A stretch of DNA of 64,000 nucleotides. It comes from Candidatus Hydrogenedentota bacterium. GTDB taxonomy: Bacteria; Hydrogenedentota; Hydrogenedentia; Hydrogenedentales; GCA-2746185. Location of the stretch: contig JAYGCN010000067.1 in the NCBI GenBank assembly GCA_046583315.1, forward strand, positions 1,093 to 65,092, given 5' to 3'. Shown here piece by piece: positions 9,908 through 18,747 of this stretch; the stretch's first letter is position 1; each line of letters starts with the position of its first letter. A program made the translations under genes and the position numbers. The notes below the pieces were generated by a model. The model ran no database searches and was not told where the DNA came from. It was given only the letters and a program-made list of their open reading frames with translations.

Positions 9908-10327
9908 TTGATGAAAACAGTGTATAAAAAAGAGCTTAAGAGCACCACGGATGCCATCGCTGAAACGCTTTCGGAAGCGCTGGATGTGCTGGCTGAACAC
10001 AAGTGGTGTAATGCGGACCATACCTTCAATATTCGCTTGTGTCTGGAGGAGGCTTTGGTTAATGCGGTGGTGCACGGGAATCAGAATAAGCCCGATTGCA
10101 CGGTCACCATCAATATTGAAGAGCACGACGATATCTGCACGATTACGGTGAAGGATGAGGGCGGGGGTTTTAATCCTGAATCGGTGATGATGTCGGAATG
10201 TAGTGAACTCGGGGGCCGTGGGGTATGTTTGATCAAGGCGTTTATGGAGAATGTTGAATTCCATGGCGAAAATAATTGCCTTGAGATGACGTTCAACCGC
10301 GATACCTTCTGCAACTGTTGCGCCTAA
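9908..10327 (+). CDS. RsbW/SpoIIAB-type anti-sigma Ser kinase (HATPase_c_2)
   Basis: LCLEEALVNAVVHGN, VKDEGGGF, GGRGVCLI. Confidence 0.92.
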   Translation: MMKTVYKKELKSTTDAIAETLSEALDVLAEHKWCNADHTFNIRLCLEEALVNAVVHGNQNKPDCTVTINIEEHDDICTITVKDEGGGFNPESVMMSECSELGGRGVCLIKAFMENVEFHGENNCLEMTFNRDTFCNCCA

Positions 10328-10365
10328 ACCATTCGATTTAGCGCGTAGTCTAATTGAGAGACGTC

Positions 10366-10758
10366 ATGAGTGAAATATCCCTGGAATTAGAATTCAACAC
10401 ACACGACGGTATTACTGTGGGCACGATTACACATACACAGATGCTCGACGGCACCAATGTCGCGTCCTTCGGGGCGCAGGCTCTGGCCTACGTCGAGGAA
10501 CATCCGAATCCCAAATTGATTATCAACTTTGAGAACATCAACTACATGTCCAGCGCGGGATTGACCGAATTGTTGCGTATCAACGAGGCACTAAAACCTG
10601 ATGGCGAACCGGTTCACCTGTGGGGCCTCAACAACGACATTTACAACGTGTTCCGAATCACGAATCTCGACAAAATGTTCACGATACACAATGACGACAC
10701 GATCGATTCAGCCTGCTCCAGCTTTAAGGAGACCGTTCAGCCCGGATCGGGAATCTGA
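10366..10758 (+). CDS. STAS anti-anti-sigma factor (RsbV/SpoIIAA type)
   Basis: INFENINYMSSAGL phospho-Ser motif, VFRITNLDKMF. Confidence 0.9.
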   Translation: MSEISLELEFNTHDGITVGTITHTQMLDGTNVASFGAQALAYVEEHPNPKLIINFENINYMSSAGLTELLRINEALKPDGEPVHLWGLNNDIYNVFRITNLDKMFTIHNDDTIDSACSSFKETVQPGSGI

Positions 10759-12452
10759 TGGCCCTACGTTTCAGAACCCGCCTCAATCTAACCTTCTCAA
10801 CCCTTCTTTTTCTCGTCATTGTTGTCATGTCACTATCCCAAATCGGGATTCTGCTCTACGATACGTGGACGAGCGGCTGGTACAAAGGCCGCACACTCAC
10901 CGAGCTGATTAATCCGAATATCAGCCACGGACTCGAGCTCAAGGAAAATGCCGAAAATTATCTGAACGCCCAGATTACGCACCATGAGGCCCTGGAGCGC
11001 GAACTCCAAAAGTTGGCGAACAGCGATCACCCTGCGGACAGCAGCCTCCAGCCGCTCCTCACGCTTATTGAACAGCGACCGGCAATCATCGATCCAATTT
11101 CCTCGGAACTCGTGCGTGATTCGTTCGGGGTTCAGTCGCTTCTTGAACGCCACATGGTCAGCGAAGAGTTTCGCATGATGATCATTGTTAGTGATGAAGG
11201 CCATTTGTTGGCAGAGGTCACAGGAGAGGATTTTGCTCCTTCCGAGGAATTGCGCGACACCATTGACAGTTTCATTGAAGAATTCGTCGTGACCCTTGTG
11301 TCGGACCCTGTGAACCCCTTTAGTTTCAACATCTTCGGTTCGGACATGGGCGTTATCACGCCACTGTCGTACCCTTCGGACAGCGGTTCGCGGTATTGCC
11401 TGTTCGTTATGCACAGTTCCGAACGCCAAGCTCGCTTGATCGGCGACCGACTGGGTATATTGGCCGTGATCGGCAGCATTCTGTTTTTCAGCGCGCTCCT
11501 TGTATGTGTGTTCGTCAGCCGCGGATTGACGAAACCTCTGCTGGAACTTTCAAAGGGAGCCCAGGCCTTCGGTGAGGGGAATCTTAATTACCGGATGAAA
11601 CTCAAGCGCAAAGACGAATTCAATGAATTGGCGCAGTCCTTTAACGTGATGGCGATTTCGATTCAGGAATACATGCACGAGCTCGAACGTGAAACAGGCA
11701 AACGTGAACGTCTGGAAAGCGAGTTTCGCATCGCGTCCGAAATGCAACAGGCCTTGCTGCCGGATGAGCCGCCTCAAGTGCCCAGCCTGGAACTGATTGG
11801 GTGGAGTCAACCCAGTAAAGAAGTCGGTGGGGATTTCTATGACTTTCTCGAATTGGAAGATAACAAAATTGGGCTTGTGCTTGGGGATGCTACCGGTAAA
11901 GGAGTGCCCGCCGCATTGCTGACCACTCAGTGTGCAAGCGCCCTGCGAACCCTTTCCAACGAATTTCATGACCCTGCTGAATTGCTGTACCGAACCAACA
12001 ACGAGTTTCATAAACGGGTAGGCGCAACCCATCGCTTTGTCACCCTGTTTCTGCTCGTGATCGATACTCAGACCGGGATCGCGCGCTATACCTCTGCAGG
12101 CCATCCTGCTCCTATATTGGTGCGCGCGGATACTGGCAAGTCCGAGTGGCTGGTCGAGTCATCAGGTTTCCCCCTGGGCATCGTCAATCAGGCGACCTAC
12201 GAAGTGCATGATGTGGCGTTGCGGCCCGGTGACACGATTTATATTTTTTCCGACGGCCTGACCGACGCGCGCAATCACGAGAACACGTTATACGGCGAAT
12301 CCAATATCCAGCAAAGCGTGGAATCCACCGCAAAGGCATCGGTTGACGAGATTCTCCGAAACACGCGCCGTGATGTTGAGAAGTACATGAACGGCAAGGA
12401 ATCGACCGATGACATGACGGTGATTGTGATGAAATACCTTGGGAACGAATAG
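10758..12452 (+). CDS. Membrane sensor PP2C phosphatase (TM-periplasmic-TM-HAMP-SpoIIE), RsbU-like
   Basis: Two TMs, HAMP (KPLLELSKGA...DEFNELAQSFN), VGGDFYD, GDATGKG, FSDGLTD, DDMT. Confidence 0.93.
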   Translation: MALRFRTRLNLTFSTLLFLVIVVMSLSQIGILLYDTWTSGWYKGRTLTELINPNISHGLELKENAENYLNAQITHHEALERELQKLANSDHPADSSLQPLLTLIEQRPAIIDPISSELVRDSFGVQSLLERHMVSEEFRMMIIVSDEGHLLAEVTGEDFAPSEELRDTIDSFIEEFVVTLVSDPVNPFSFNIFGSDMGVITPLSYPSDSGSRYCLFVMHSSERQARLIGDRLGILAVIGSILFFSALLVCVFVSRGLTKPLLELSKGAQAFGEGNLNYRMKLKRKDEFNELAQSFNVMAISIQEYMHELERETGKRERLESEFRIASEMQQALLPDEPPQVPSLELIGWSQPSKEVGGDFYDFLELEDNKIGLVLGDATGKGVPAALLTTQCASALRTLSNEFHDPAELLYRTNNEFHKRVGATHRFVTLFLLVIDTQTGIARYTSAGHPAPILVRADTGKSEWLVESSGFPLGIVNQATYEVHDVALRPGDTIYIFSDGLTDARNHENTLYGESNIQQSVESTAKASVDEILRNTRRDVEKYMNGKESTDDMTVIVMKYLGNE

Positions 12453-12581
12453 GCGCCCTGTATACCCCGTAAATACATGGGAATTTCATTTCTTGGCACT
12501 CCTGAATGTAAATAATAGTTGGCGTGGGGCACGGTTATCTGTTTATAATTAACGGTTTAAAATTGTGCATGGGCAATTATT

Positions 12582-12869
12582 ATGGGTATGTTACAAACAA
12601 GCTTGATCCCGCTCGCTTGGGCTGTCGTTTTAGGGGTGATCCTCTATTATCGATTCCGCAAGGACGAGGATACACATTTGGGCCACGCGGAGCGTCGCAA
12701 AGGCGACCGCCGGGGTCCAGCGAAAAAACGTGCCCTGCGTAGAATGCCCAAGGCATCCCGATTTGATGCTGGTGAGAAGCGTTTGAGCCCGGAACGCCGG
12801 CAGAACCTGGACTGGCGTGAAGAATATCGTAGCCTGAAGAGCAGGCTTGAAAACGACCATACAGTCTAG
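12582..12869 (+). CDS. Small membrane-anchored hypothetical protein with ERRxxDRR-like motifs
   Basis: N-terminal TM, ERRKGDRR and EKRLSPERR; fills the gap between convergent operons. Confidence 0.6.
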   Translation: MGMLQTSLIPLAWAVVLGVILYYRFRKDEDTHLGHAERRKGDRRGPAKKRALRRMPKASRFDAGEKRLSPERRQNLDWREEYRSLKSRLENDHTV

Positions 12870-12883
12870 CCTGATTTCAAGAA

Positions 12884-13198
12884 TCAGGGGCGCTTGACCT
12901 TCTTGAGTTTTGCGTACACATCATTGAGTACGCGCATCGCATCTTCATCCCCGCCTTTGTCCGGATGATGAACCTGTGCTTTTTGCCGATACGCCCGTTC
13001 GATTTCGGCCCAACTGGATGACGGTGACAGGCCCAGAATTTTGTAGGCCATTTCCATGTCTTGTGGCGACATGGCATCCGATGATTCCCCGCGCAGTTCC
13101 CGAAATCCCTGGATAATGCGTGGCCATAGTCCTGTCGCGCTCAATACGCCGATGACGATCATCAGTATGATAATTTCTTGTATACCCGATCCAAACAT
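12884..13198 (-). CDS. J-domain co-chaperone with a TatA-like N-terminal membrane segment
   Basis: AYKILGL...IERAYRQKAQVHHPDKGGD...LNDVY (J domain, HPD); N-terminus MFGSGIQEIIILMIV. Confidence 0.85.
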   Translation of the reverse strand: MFGSGIQEIIILMIVIGVLSATGLWPRIIQGFRELRGESSDAMSPQDMEMAYKILGLSPSSSWAEIERAYRQKAQVHHPDKGGDEDAMRVLNDVYAKLKKVKRP

Positions 13199-13207
13199 GA
13201 ATACCTG

Positions 13208-13996
13208 CTATCGATTCCGATTCTTAAAGTCAAAGATGTTGTCAATCGCATCTGCCATTTTCTCTTCATCCGACCCTTTTTCCACGGGTCGCGTCGCCGT
13301 TTTGGAGGCACCTTGCCGCCGCCATTTCATGCGCATAAACATGGGACGCCATTTCATATAGGCAAAGGCGACCCCCATACCACCGAAGTGCGTGGCAAAC
13401 GAGGTTCCCGATGCACCTCCAGCGGCGGACATCAGATTCATGGCGATGATAAACATGACCAGGAATCGCGTCGTAATCGGGATGGGTATGGGAAACAGAA
13501 AAATCTTCCTGTCGGGCTCTATCATAGCAAATGCGACCAGCACGCCCAATGTCGCGCCACTCGCCCCGATCACCAACACGTTGGGATTCCATGCCGGCGT
13601 AATCATCGTCACGAAATTGGCCAGCACACCGAGACCACCACACAACAGATAAAATCTCAGGAATTGGCGGGAACCCAGTACCCGTTCCACTTCGGGCCCA
13701 AAGAAAAACAGCATGAGCATGTTTCCGAAGAGATGCATCAGACTGCCGTGTAGGAACATGTAGGTGAGTGGCATCCAGATAAATCCGCTCATCACGGCGG
13801 AGGGCATGAATCCGAGCCAGGTGACGGTATTCTCGCCGCCCGGCGAGTCAATCACCCGCAAATCGCCGAAGGGAACGTCCAGCATCAGTTGCACGACGAA
13901 AACCAACACATTGAGCATAATGAGCGCGTGCACAACGTAGGTAATTCCTTCGGTACGAAAACCGGATCGTGCTTCTTGTTGATAATAATCGCTCAT
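13208..13996 (-). CDS. Rhomboid-family intramembrane serine protease
   Basis: TYMFLHGSLMHLFGNM, GASGA (catalytic Ser), HFGG (catalytic His); start placed at ATG 13996. Confidence 0.93.
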   Translation of the reverse strand: MSDYYQQEARSGFRTEGITYVVHALIMLNVLVFVVQLMLDVPFGDLRVIDSPGGENTVTWLGFMPSAVMSGFIWMPLTYMFLHGSLMHLFGNMLMLFFFGPEVERVLGSRQFLRFYLLCGGLGVLANFVTMITPAWNPNVLVIGASGATLGVLVAFAMIEPDRKIFLFPIPIPITTRFLVMFIIAMNLMSAAGGASGTSFATHFGGMGVAFAYMKWRPMFMRMKWRRQGASKTATRPVEKGSDEEKMADAIDNIFDFKNRNR

Positions 13997-14071
13997 GGTG
14001 GATATCCCGGGCCACTTTGTGTGGCAATCGTTACTATTATTGTACATTGAAGTCGGCTCGGATTGCCAAGA

Positions 14072-14677
14072 CTACAGCGCGACCATGCCCCGCAACGGAT
14101 AACGCGTGATGGGTCCTTTCCGATCCAGTGGCAGATACACGCGCACGACTCGTCCGATGACAAAGTCCGCAGGGATGCTGCGTGGGGTACCCTTTTGGGC
14201 ATCGTCCCCGGAATCAGCCGACGATGTGGCTCCCCAGTTGTGGCTGTCAATGCTGGAGTTCGAATGATCGCCGAGCATAAAGTATTCCCCCTCGGGCACG
14301 GTATAGGATTCCATAAAATAGTCTATCGGGCTATGGCGATAGGGTTCTGAGGCGTAACGATTGTTCAAAAAAACCGCGCCTCCCTGAACCTCCACGATGT
14401 CGCCGCCGATTCCCACAATACGTTTTACAAGATATTCGGCATCGTTATCCGGGTCTCGAAATACGACTACATCCCCTCTGCGATAGTCGTTGCTTTGTCT
14501 GGCAACGATGAAATCTCCTGGGTACAGCGTGGGCTCCATGGAGCGCGAAGGAACTTTGAAGAATCGAATGCCGGATAGCATCACCAGCGAAACCAGGCTC
14601 GCGCATCCGATCAGGCCTATCCAACTGATCGCGCGGCGTTTACTACCGACCTGCCTGAATAGGGTCCGTTTTGTCAC
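14072..14677 (-). CDS. lepB: Signal peptidase I
   Basis: VPSRSMEPTL, RGDVVVF, YLVKRIVG, YFMLGD...SIDS; start GTG 14677 chosen to avoid overlap with the upstream gene. Confidence 0.92.
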   Translation of the reverse strand: MTKRTLFRQVGSKRRAISWIGLIGCASLVSLVMLSGIRFFKVPSRSMEPTLYPGDFIVARQSNDYRRGDVVVFRDPDNDAEYLVKRIVGIGGDIVEVQGGAVFLNNRYASEPYRHSPIDYFMESYTVPEGEYFMLGDHSNSSIDSHNWGATSSADSGDDAQKGTPRSIPADFVIGRVVRVYLPLDRKGPITRYPLRGMVAL

Positions 14678-14690
14678 GACGTTCCCTGAC

Positions 14691-15638
14691 TCATGGTTGC
14701 TTGAGCGCAGCCTTTGTTTTGACCACCAGCTCTTGCGTGATAATGCTCTGGGGCCGCAACGCAAGTGCTTGCTCATAACGCTCGAGCGCGCGCGCGGAAT
14801 CTTCGTCCCGCGTCCAGCAGCGTCCTTCGTTCAGTAGGGTGTAAAAGCGCTGTTCGCGATTGGTGACCAACGCACGCACGTCCACCCAAGCATCCGCGGC
14901 TGTCTTCCAATCGACCTCCACACCCAAATTCGCGCCCGCGAAAAAGTTCACCGCATAGTCCTGCACTATCTCGAAATCGTCAGGCGCATACTTGGCTGCG
15001 TCTTTCGAATACCTCATCGCTTCCCGAAAAAGTCTCTTGCGATCCTTTTTCAGAATTTCCTCAAGCTGTACGAAATACGTCAGATACATCTGGGCGATGT
15101 TGAATAGAAAATCCGGATTCGTTTCGTCCGCTGTCAATGCTTTCTGAAGATAATTATGACCGAATTTGTACTGCCCCGTGTGAAAATAATGCAGACCAAG
15201 ATTGTTGTCCGCGAAGCCCGTTGACGGATCCAAGGCTGCGGATCGTTTCCAATACGTTATCGCTTTATTCGTATCGCCGCCATAGTCGTACCAAAACTCA
15301 CCAAAATAGTTTAGTGCCCTTGGGTTGTTGGGGTATTCACCCAAGACATAGTCCCACACGGCCTTCATGTTCGCCGTGCGCTTGCGTATCTGGTCTGCCT
15401 TGCTGTCTCTCGATGCGTTTTCGTCCGCTTCATCGTGCCTGTGGGCAAGCTCTAGATCCCAGCCAGTTAAATCGGCCTGTTGCAATTGATAACGCCGCGC
15501 AGCATCCACGAGCTTGACCGGATCGTCGGAGAACTTTTGCAAGGAGACGATCTCTGGAATCAGTCGCACTTCCACTTGTGCGTAGCCATTCATGACCGTA
15601 AACACAAGCATCGTCAGGCAGAGAAACAGTCTCATCAT
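14691..15638 (-). CDS. Exported tetratricopeptide-repeat protein
   Basis: Signal peptide MMRLFLCLTMLVFTVMNGYAQ and several TPR-like helical pairs. Confidence 0.75.
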   Translation of the reverse strand: MMRLFLCLTMLVFTVMNGYAQVEVRLIPEIVSLQKFSDDPVKLVDAARRYQLQQADLTGWDLELAHRHDEADENASRDSKADQIRKRTANMKAVWDYVLGEYPNNPRALNYFGEFWYDYGGDTNKAITYWKRSAALDPSTGFADNNLGLHYFHTGQYKFGHNYLQKALTADETNPDFLFNIAQMYLTYFVQLEEILKKDRKRLFREAMRYSKDAAKYAPDDFEIVQDYAVNFFAGANLGVEVDWKTAADAWVDVRALVTNREQRFYTLLNEGRCWTRDEDSARALERYEQALALRPQSIITQELVVKTKAALKQP

Positions 15639-15686
15639 AGTGCCCTCATCGTTAAGGTATCCTCGTGCTTCCCAGCCTATCACACC

Positions 15687-16631
15687 CTAACGGGATGAAT
15701 GAACCGTATCCTTATGCCAGCCATATACGGTAACGTGCCGATGGTCTCGAAACGCCATACGTTTATACCAGTCGTGCGCAGGGGTCGACTGGGTAACACC
15801 CAGCATCACGTGGTCCATTCCGGCAACACGAAACAGCGCCAAAAGATCATGCATCAATAGGCCACCGTAGCCCTGACCCCAGTTATCTGGATGAACCGCA
15901 ATCTGAAATATGAATCCGGTGTCCGAAGCGAGCGCATTACCCAGCGCGATGCCGGCGATTTTCCCTTTAGCCCTGACAATCCGGCTCCATTCCGGGCGTA
16001 CAGGGCCGTAAAGTCCCCTCTCATAGTTTTTCAGCACGCCGGCTGTGGACTCGATAGTGCCGAGGCTTTTGGTAACCTTCTCTGCGGCATCTCGGGCAAA
16101 AGAGGTTTGCAGGAGGGTCGCGAGGGCTGGATCGTCCATGTTGGTGCAGATTTCGGAGTGCCCTGAATGCCGGTGGGGCACAACGGAATCGAGCTCGGCG
16201 CGCATCAACGTACGTTCTACCGAAGAGAACCCTAACCCGGCCAGAGGTCCATCGATATCCACCGCGCAAAATGGAATGGTCTCCACGAGAATCGATACTG
16301 CGCCTCGAATCCGAAGTGCCTGCACGACTTCTTCGATGAGACGGGCCTCGATTCCCTCGTTTTCAGCGCCGTGAAGCAGGTGGATAAATTCGATTCTGGC
16401 CTGGTTTCCGTTCATCGAGGCGACAATTATGCCTAGGGCTCGCTCCCGGGAGAATGCGGCTATTGCAATCACGTGGTCATGGGAGATATTTCGGACAAAA
16501 TTGTCCGGGAGGGCGGTTGCGTAGGCCTGTGCTGCGATTTTGCCGTAGAGGTCCCGATAGGCGGGAACGAGCTCGTTTCGATATTCCTCGAAATTATTGG
16601 GTAACACCTTGATTGCATTGTAGATATACAT
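15687..16631 (-). CDS. GNAT-family N-acetyltransferase (tandem GNAT domains)
   Basis: IAVHPDNWGQGYG acetyl-CoA motif A, WYKRMAF; weaker N-terminal copy ENEGIEARL. Confidence 0.8.
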   Translation of the reverse strand: MYIYNAIKVLPNNFEEYRNELVPAYRDLYGKIAAQAYATALPDNFVRNISHDHVIAIAAFSRERALGIIVASMNGNQARIEFIHLLHGAENEGIEARLIEEVVQALRIRGAVSILVETIPFCAVDIDGPLAGLGFSSVERTLMRAELDSVVPHRHSGHSEICTNMDDPALATLLQTSFARDAAEKVTKSLGTIESTAGVLKNYERGLYGPVRPEWSRIVRAKGKIAGIALGNALASDTGFIFQIAVHPDNWGQGYGGLLMHDLLALFRVAGMDHVMLGVTQSTPAHDWYKRMAFRDHRHVTVYGWHKDTVHSSR

Positions 16632-16780
16632 AAAACGAGACTCATAGAAACAATAAGATGACACGATCATAACGCGACCCGCAAAATGACACAACTTTTT
16701 GCCAATCGCCTACATTATGTAGGAACCGATGAGTCAAAACGGGGTTTATGCAAGCACTGTACCTTCGAGCCGAGGCGGTA

Positions 16781-16810
16781 TTGACTCCAACCTGTAGTAA
16801 ATGTTAAAGT
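16781..16810 (+). promoter_or_regulatory. Candidate sigma70-type promoter of the marR-RND operon
   Basis: TTGACT (16781-16786), 18-nt spacer, TG-n-TAAAGT (16802-16810). Confidence 0.45.
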
Positions 16811-16819
16811 TTCCATTCA

Positions 16820-16846
16820 TTAATAATTAGAGTCTCTAACGATTAA
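16820..16846. promoter_or_regulatory. Palindromic operator, probable MarR binding site
   Basis: TTAAT-aa-TTAGAG-t-CTCTAA-cg-ATTAA dyad centred at 16833, between the promoter and the marR start. Confidence 0.7.
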
Positions 16847-16876
16847 AAATACATACTGTATTTACGTGGACAACTC

Positions 16877-17380
16877 ATGTCAGACGATACGACCCTAAAT
16901 CAGGCGCGCCAGATACGCCGCACGATCAAACAACTTCAGGATCGCGTGTTGCGTCATCACGGCCCGTTTACCATCGAGACAGACGGTTTCAGTGCTGAAT
17001 TAACCTTTACCCAGCTATCGACGCTGATAGCCATTCGCGATCACGGGGAAATGAGTCTCAAAGAATTGGCCGAGGCGACCCATGTATCCCCACCATCGGC
17101 GTCGACCATGGTTGAAAAATTGGTCGAGATGAAGGCAATTACGCGCGAACACAGTAGCGTGGATCGCCGCGAGGTGCGGGTGGCCCTGTCACAGCGTGGA
17201 CTCCGGGCGGTCGATTCGCTTGAGCAAACGATGCTTGAGGAGTTGATTGAGCTCCTTGAGGGAATCGGCCCGGATTTCGCCGAGCAGTGGATTCAAGTGT
17301 ATGAGCGCATCGAAACCTACATTCAACAATCCGGGCAACGTCCCGCACCCACCAACAGTTCTGCCGAGGGAGTGAAATAA
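16877..17380 (+). CDS. MarR-family transcriptional regulator
   Basis: LTFTQLSTL, SLKELAE...STMVEKL, DRREVRVALS.RG wing motif. Confidence 0.93.
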   Translation: MSDDTTLNQARQIRRTIKQLQDRVLRHHGPFTIETDGFSAELTFTQLSTLIAIRDHGEMSLKELAEATHVSPPSASTMVEKLVEMKAITREHSSVDRREVRVALSQRGLRAVDSLEQTMLEELIELLEGIGPDFAEQWIQVYERIETYIQQSGQRPAPTNSSAEGVK

Positions 17381-17382
17381 CC

Positions 17383-18747
17383 ATGAGCAATCGATATATC
17401 ACCGTCGCATTGAGGGCGGTCGCAAGCTTTGCGATCCTCGCAGTAGCGTATGTTCTTTTCGGGGCGATTATCAGGAGTAAAGAACCTGCGGCCCAGGTGG
17501 AAATCCCGGAACAGGCGTTGCGCGTAGATATACTGGAAGCTACGTTTAGAGATGTCCCTGTTCTCATTGAAGGCCTGGGCGAAATGCGAGCGCGCGATGT
17601 GGTTCAGGTCGCTTCTGAAGTTGCTGGACTTGTCACGGCTATTCATCCGCATCTCGAAGTCGGCGGCATCATTCCTGCGGGCGAAGTCTTGTTCGAAATT
17701 GATGCGCGCGACTATGAAGCGTTGGCGGTTCAATCGTCGGCATCCGTGGATCAACTTTCCAATTCTATACGGAGACTCACCAAACAGTACGCCATTGACA
17801 AGGAGCGTTTGAAAACCTTCGAGCGGACGCGTGGTCTCGCCAAGGGCGAATTCGAGCGTGTGAAATCGTTGTATGAGAAGGATAAAGTGGGTACGCAGAG
17901 TCAGGTGGACAATGCGGAGATGGGCTTTAACAATGCCAACGATGCCTACGATCAGCTGTCTCAGTCTATCGACTTGTTTCCGATTCGAATCGAGGAAGCG
18001 AAGAATGCGTTGACCTCTTCCCAGGCCATGGCCGATCTTGCGGCGACGAATCTCGCTCGCACGAAGGTCTCGGTGACCTTTGATGCGCGAATCAAATCCG
18101 TAACCCTTGAGCGCGGACAGTTTGTGTCTCCTGGCGCGCCGATATTGACGTTGGCTGACGATTCGTTACTCGAAATCACCATCCCGCTAGATTCGCGAGT
18201 GGCCCGTAAGTGGCTCAAGTTTCAGGATTCAACAGGGAGTCGGGGCACTGCCTGGTTCGGGCAAATCCAAAAGGTTCCGGTTACGATTGGATGGACCGGC
18301 GATCAGGGCAAGTCGCAATGGAAAGGTACACTGGAGCGCGTCGAAAAGTTTGACCAGCAGACCCGCCAGACGGCCATCGTTGCCCGAGTGACGGCACAGG
18401 ATGCGAATCGTCCCACCAGTGGCGATCAACCGCTCGTGGAAGGGATGTTTTGCAAGATAGCGATTCCGGGGAAAACGGCCCACAATGTGGTTGAGGTCCC
18501 CCTGGAATGCGTGAGTTTTTCGCGTGATGACGAGGGGTATCGCTCCGTATTCGTGGCCAAAACTGCGGAGGACGGCCGATTTCGTCTGGATAGTATCAGG
18601 GTACGCGAGTCGCATATTGCTGGTGAGTCGATATTCCTGAGCGAAGGCATCGATGAGGGAACCATGATCGTTACTACGCGCCTTATCAATCCTCTTCCCA
18701 ATTCGCTACTCAATACGCAAGTAATTCCTTCTGCTGAGACCGATTAA
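17383..18747 (+). CDS. RND efflux periplasmic adaptor (MFP) subunit
   Basis: N-terminal TM, VASEVAG...G.VLFEID lipoyl half, long coiled coil, GQFVSPG, LVEGMF. Confidence 0.92.
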   Translation: MSNRYITVALRAVASFAILAVAYVLFGAIIRSKEPAAQVEIPEQALRVDILEATFRDVPVLIEGLGEMRARDVVQVASEVAGLVTAIHPHLEVGGIIPAGEVLFEIDARDYEALAVQSSASVDQLSNSIRRLTKQYAIDKERLKTFERTRGLAKGEFERVKSLYEKDKVGTQSQVDNAEMGFNNANDAYDQLSQSIDLFPIRIEEAKNALTSSQAMADLAATNLARTKVSVTFDARIKSVTLERGQFVSPGAPILTLADDSLLEITIPLDSRVARKWLKFQDSTGSRGTAWFGQIQKVPVTIGWTGDQGKSQWKGTLERVEKFDQQTRQTAIVARVTAQDANRPTSGDQPLVEGMFCKIAIPGKTAHNVVEVPLECVSFSRDDEGYRSVFVAKTAEDGRFRLDSIRVRESHIAGESIFLSEGIDEGTMIVTTRLINPLPNSLLNTQVIPSAETD

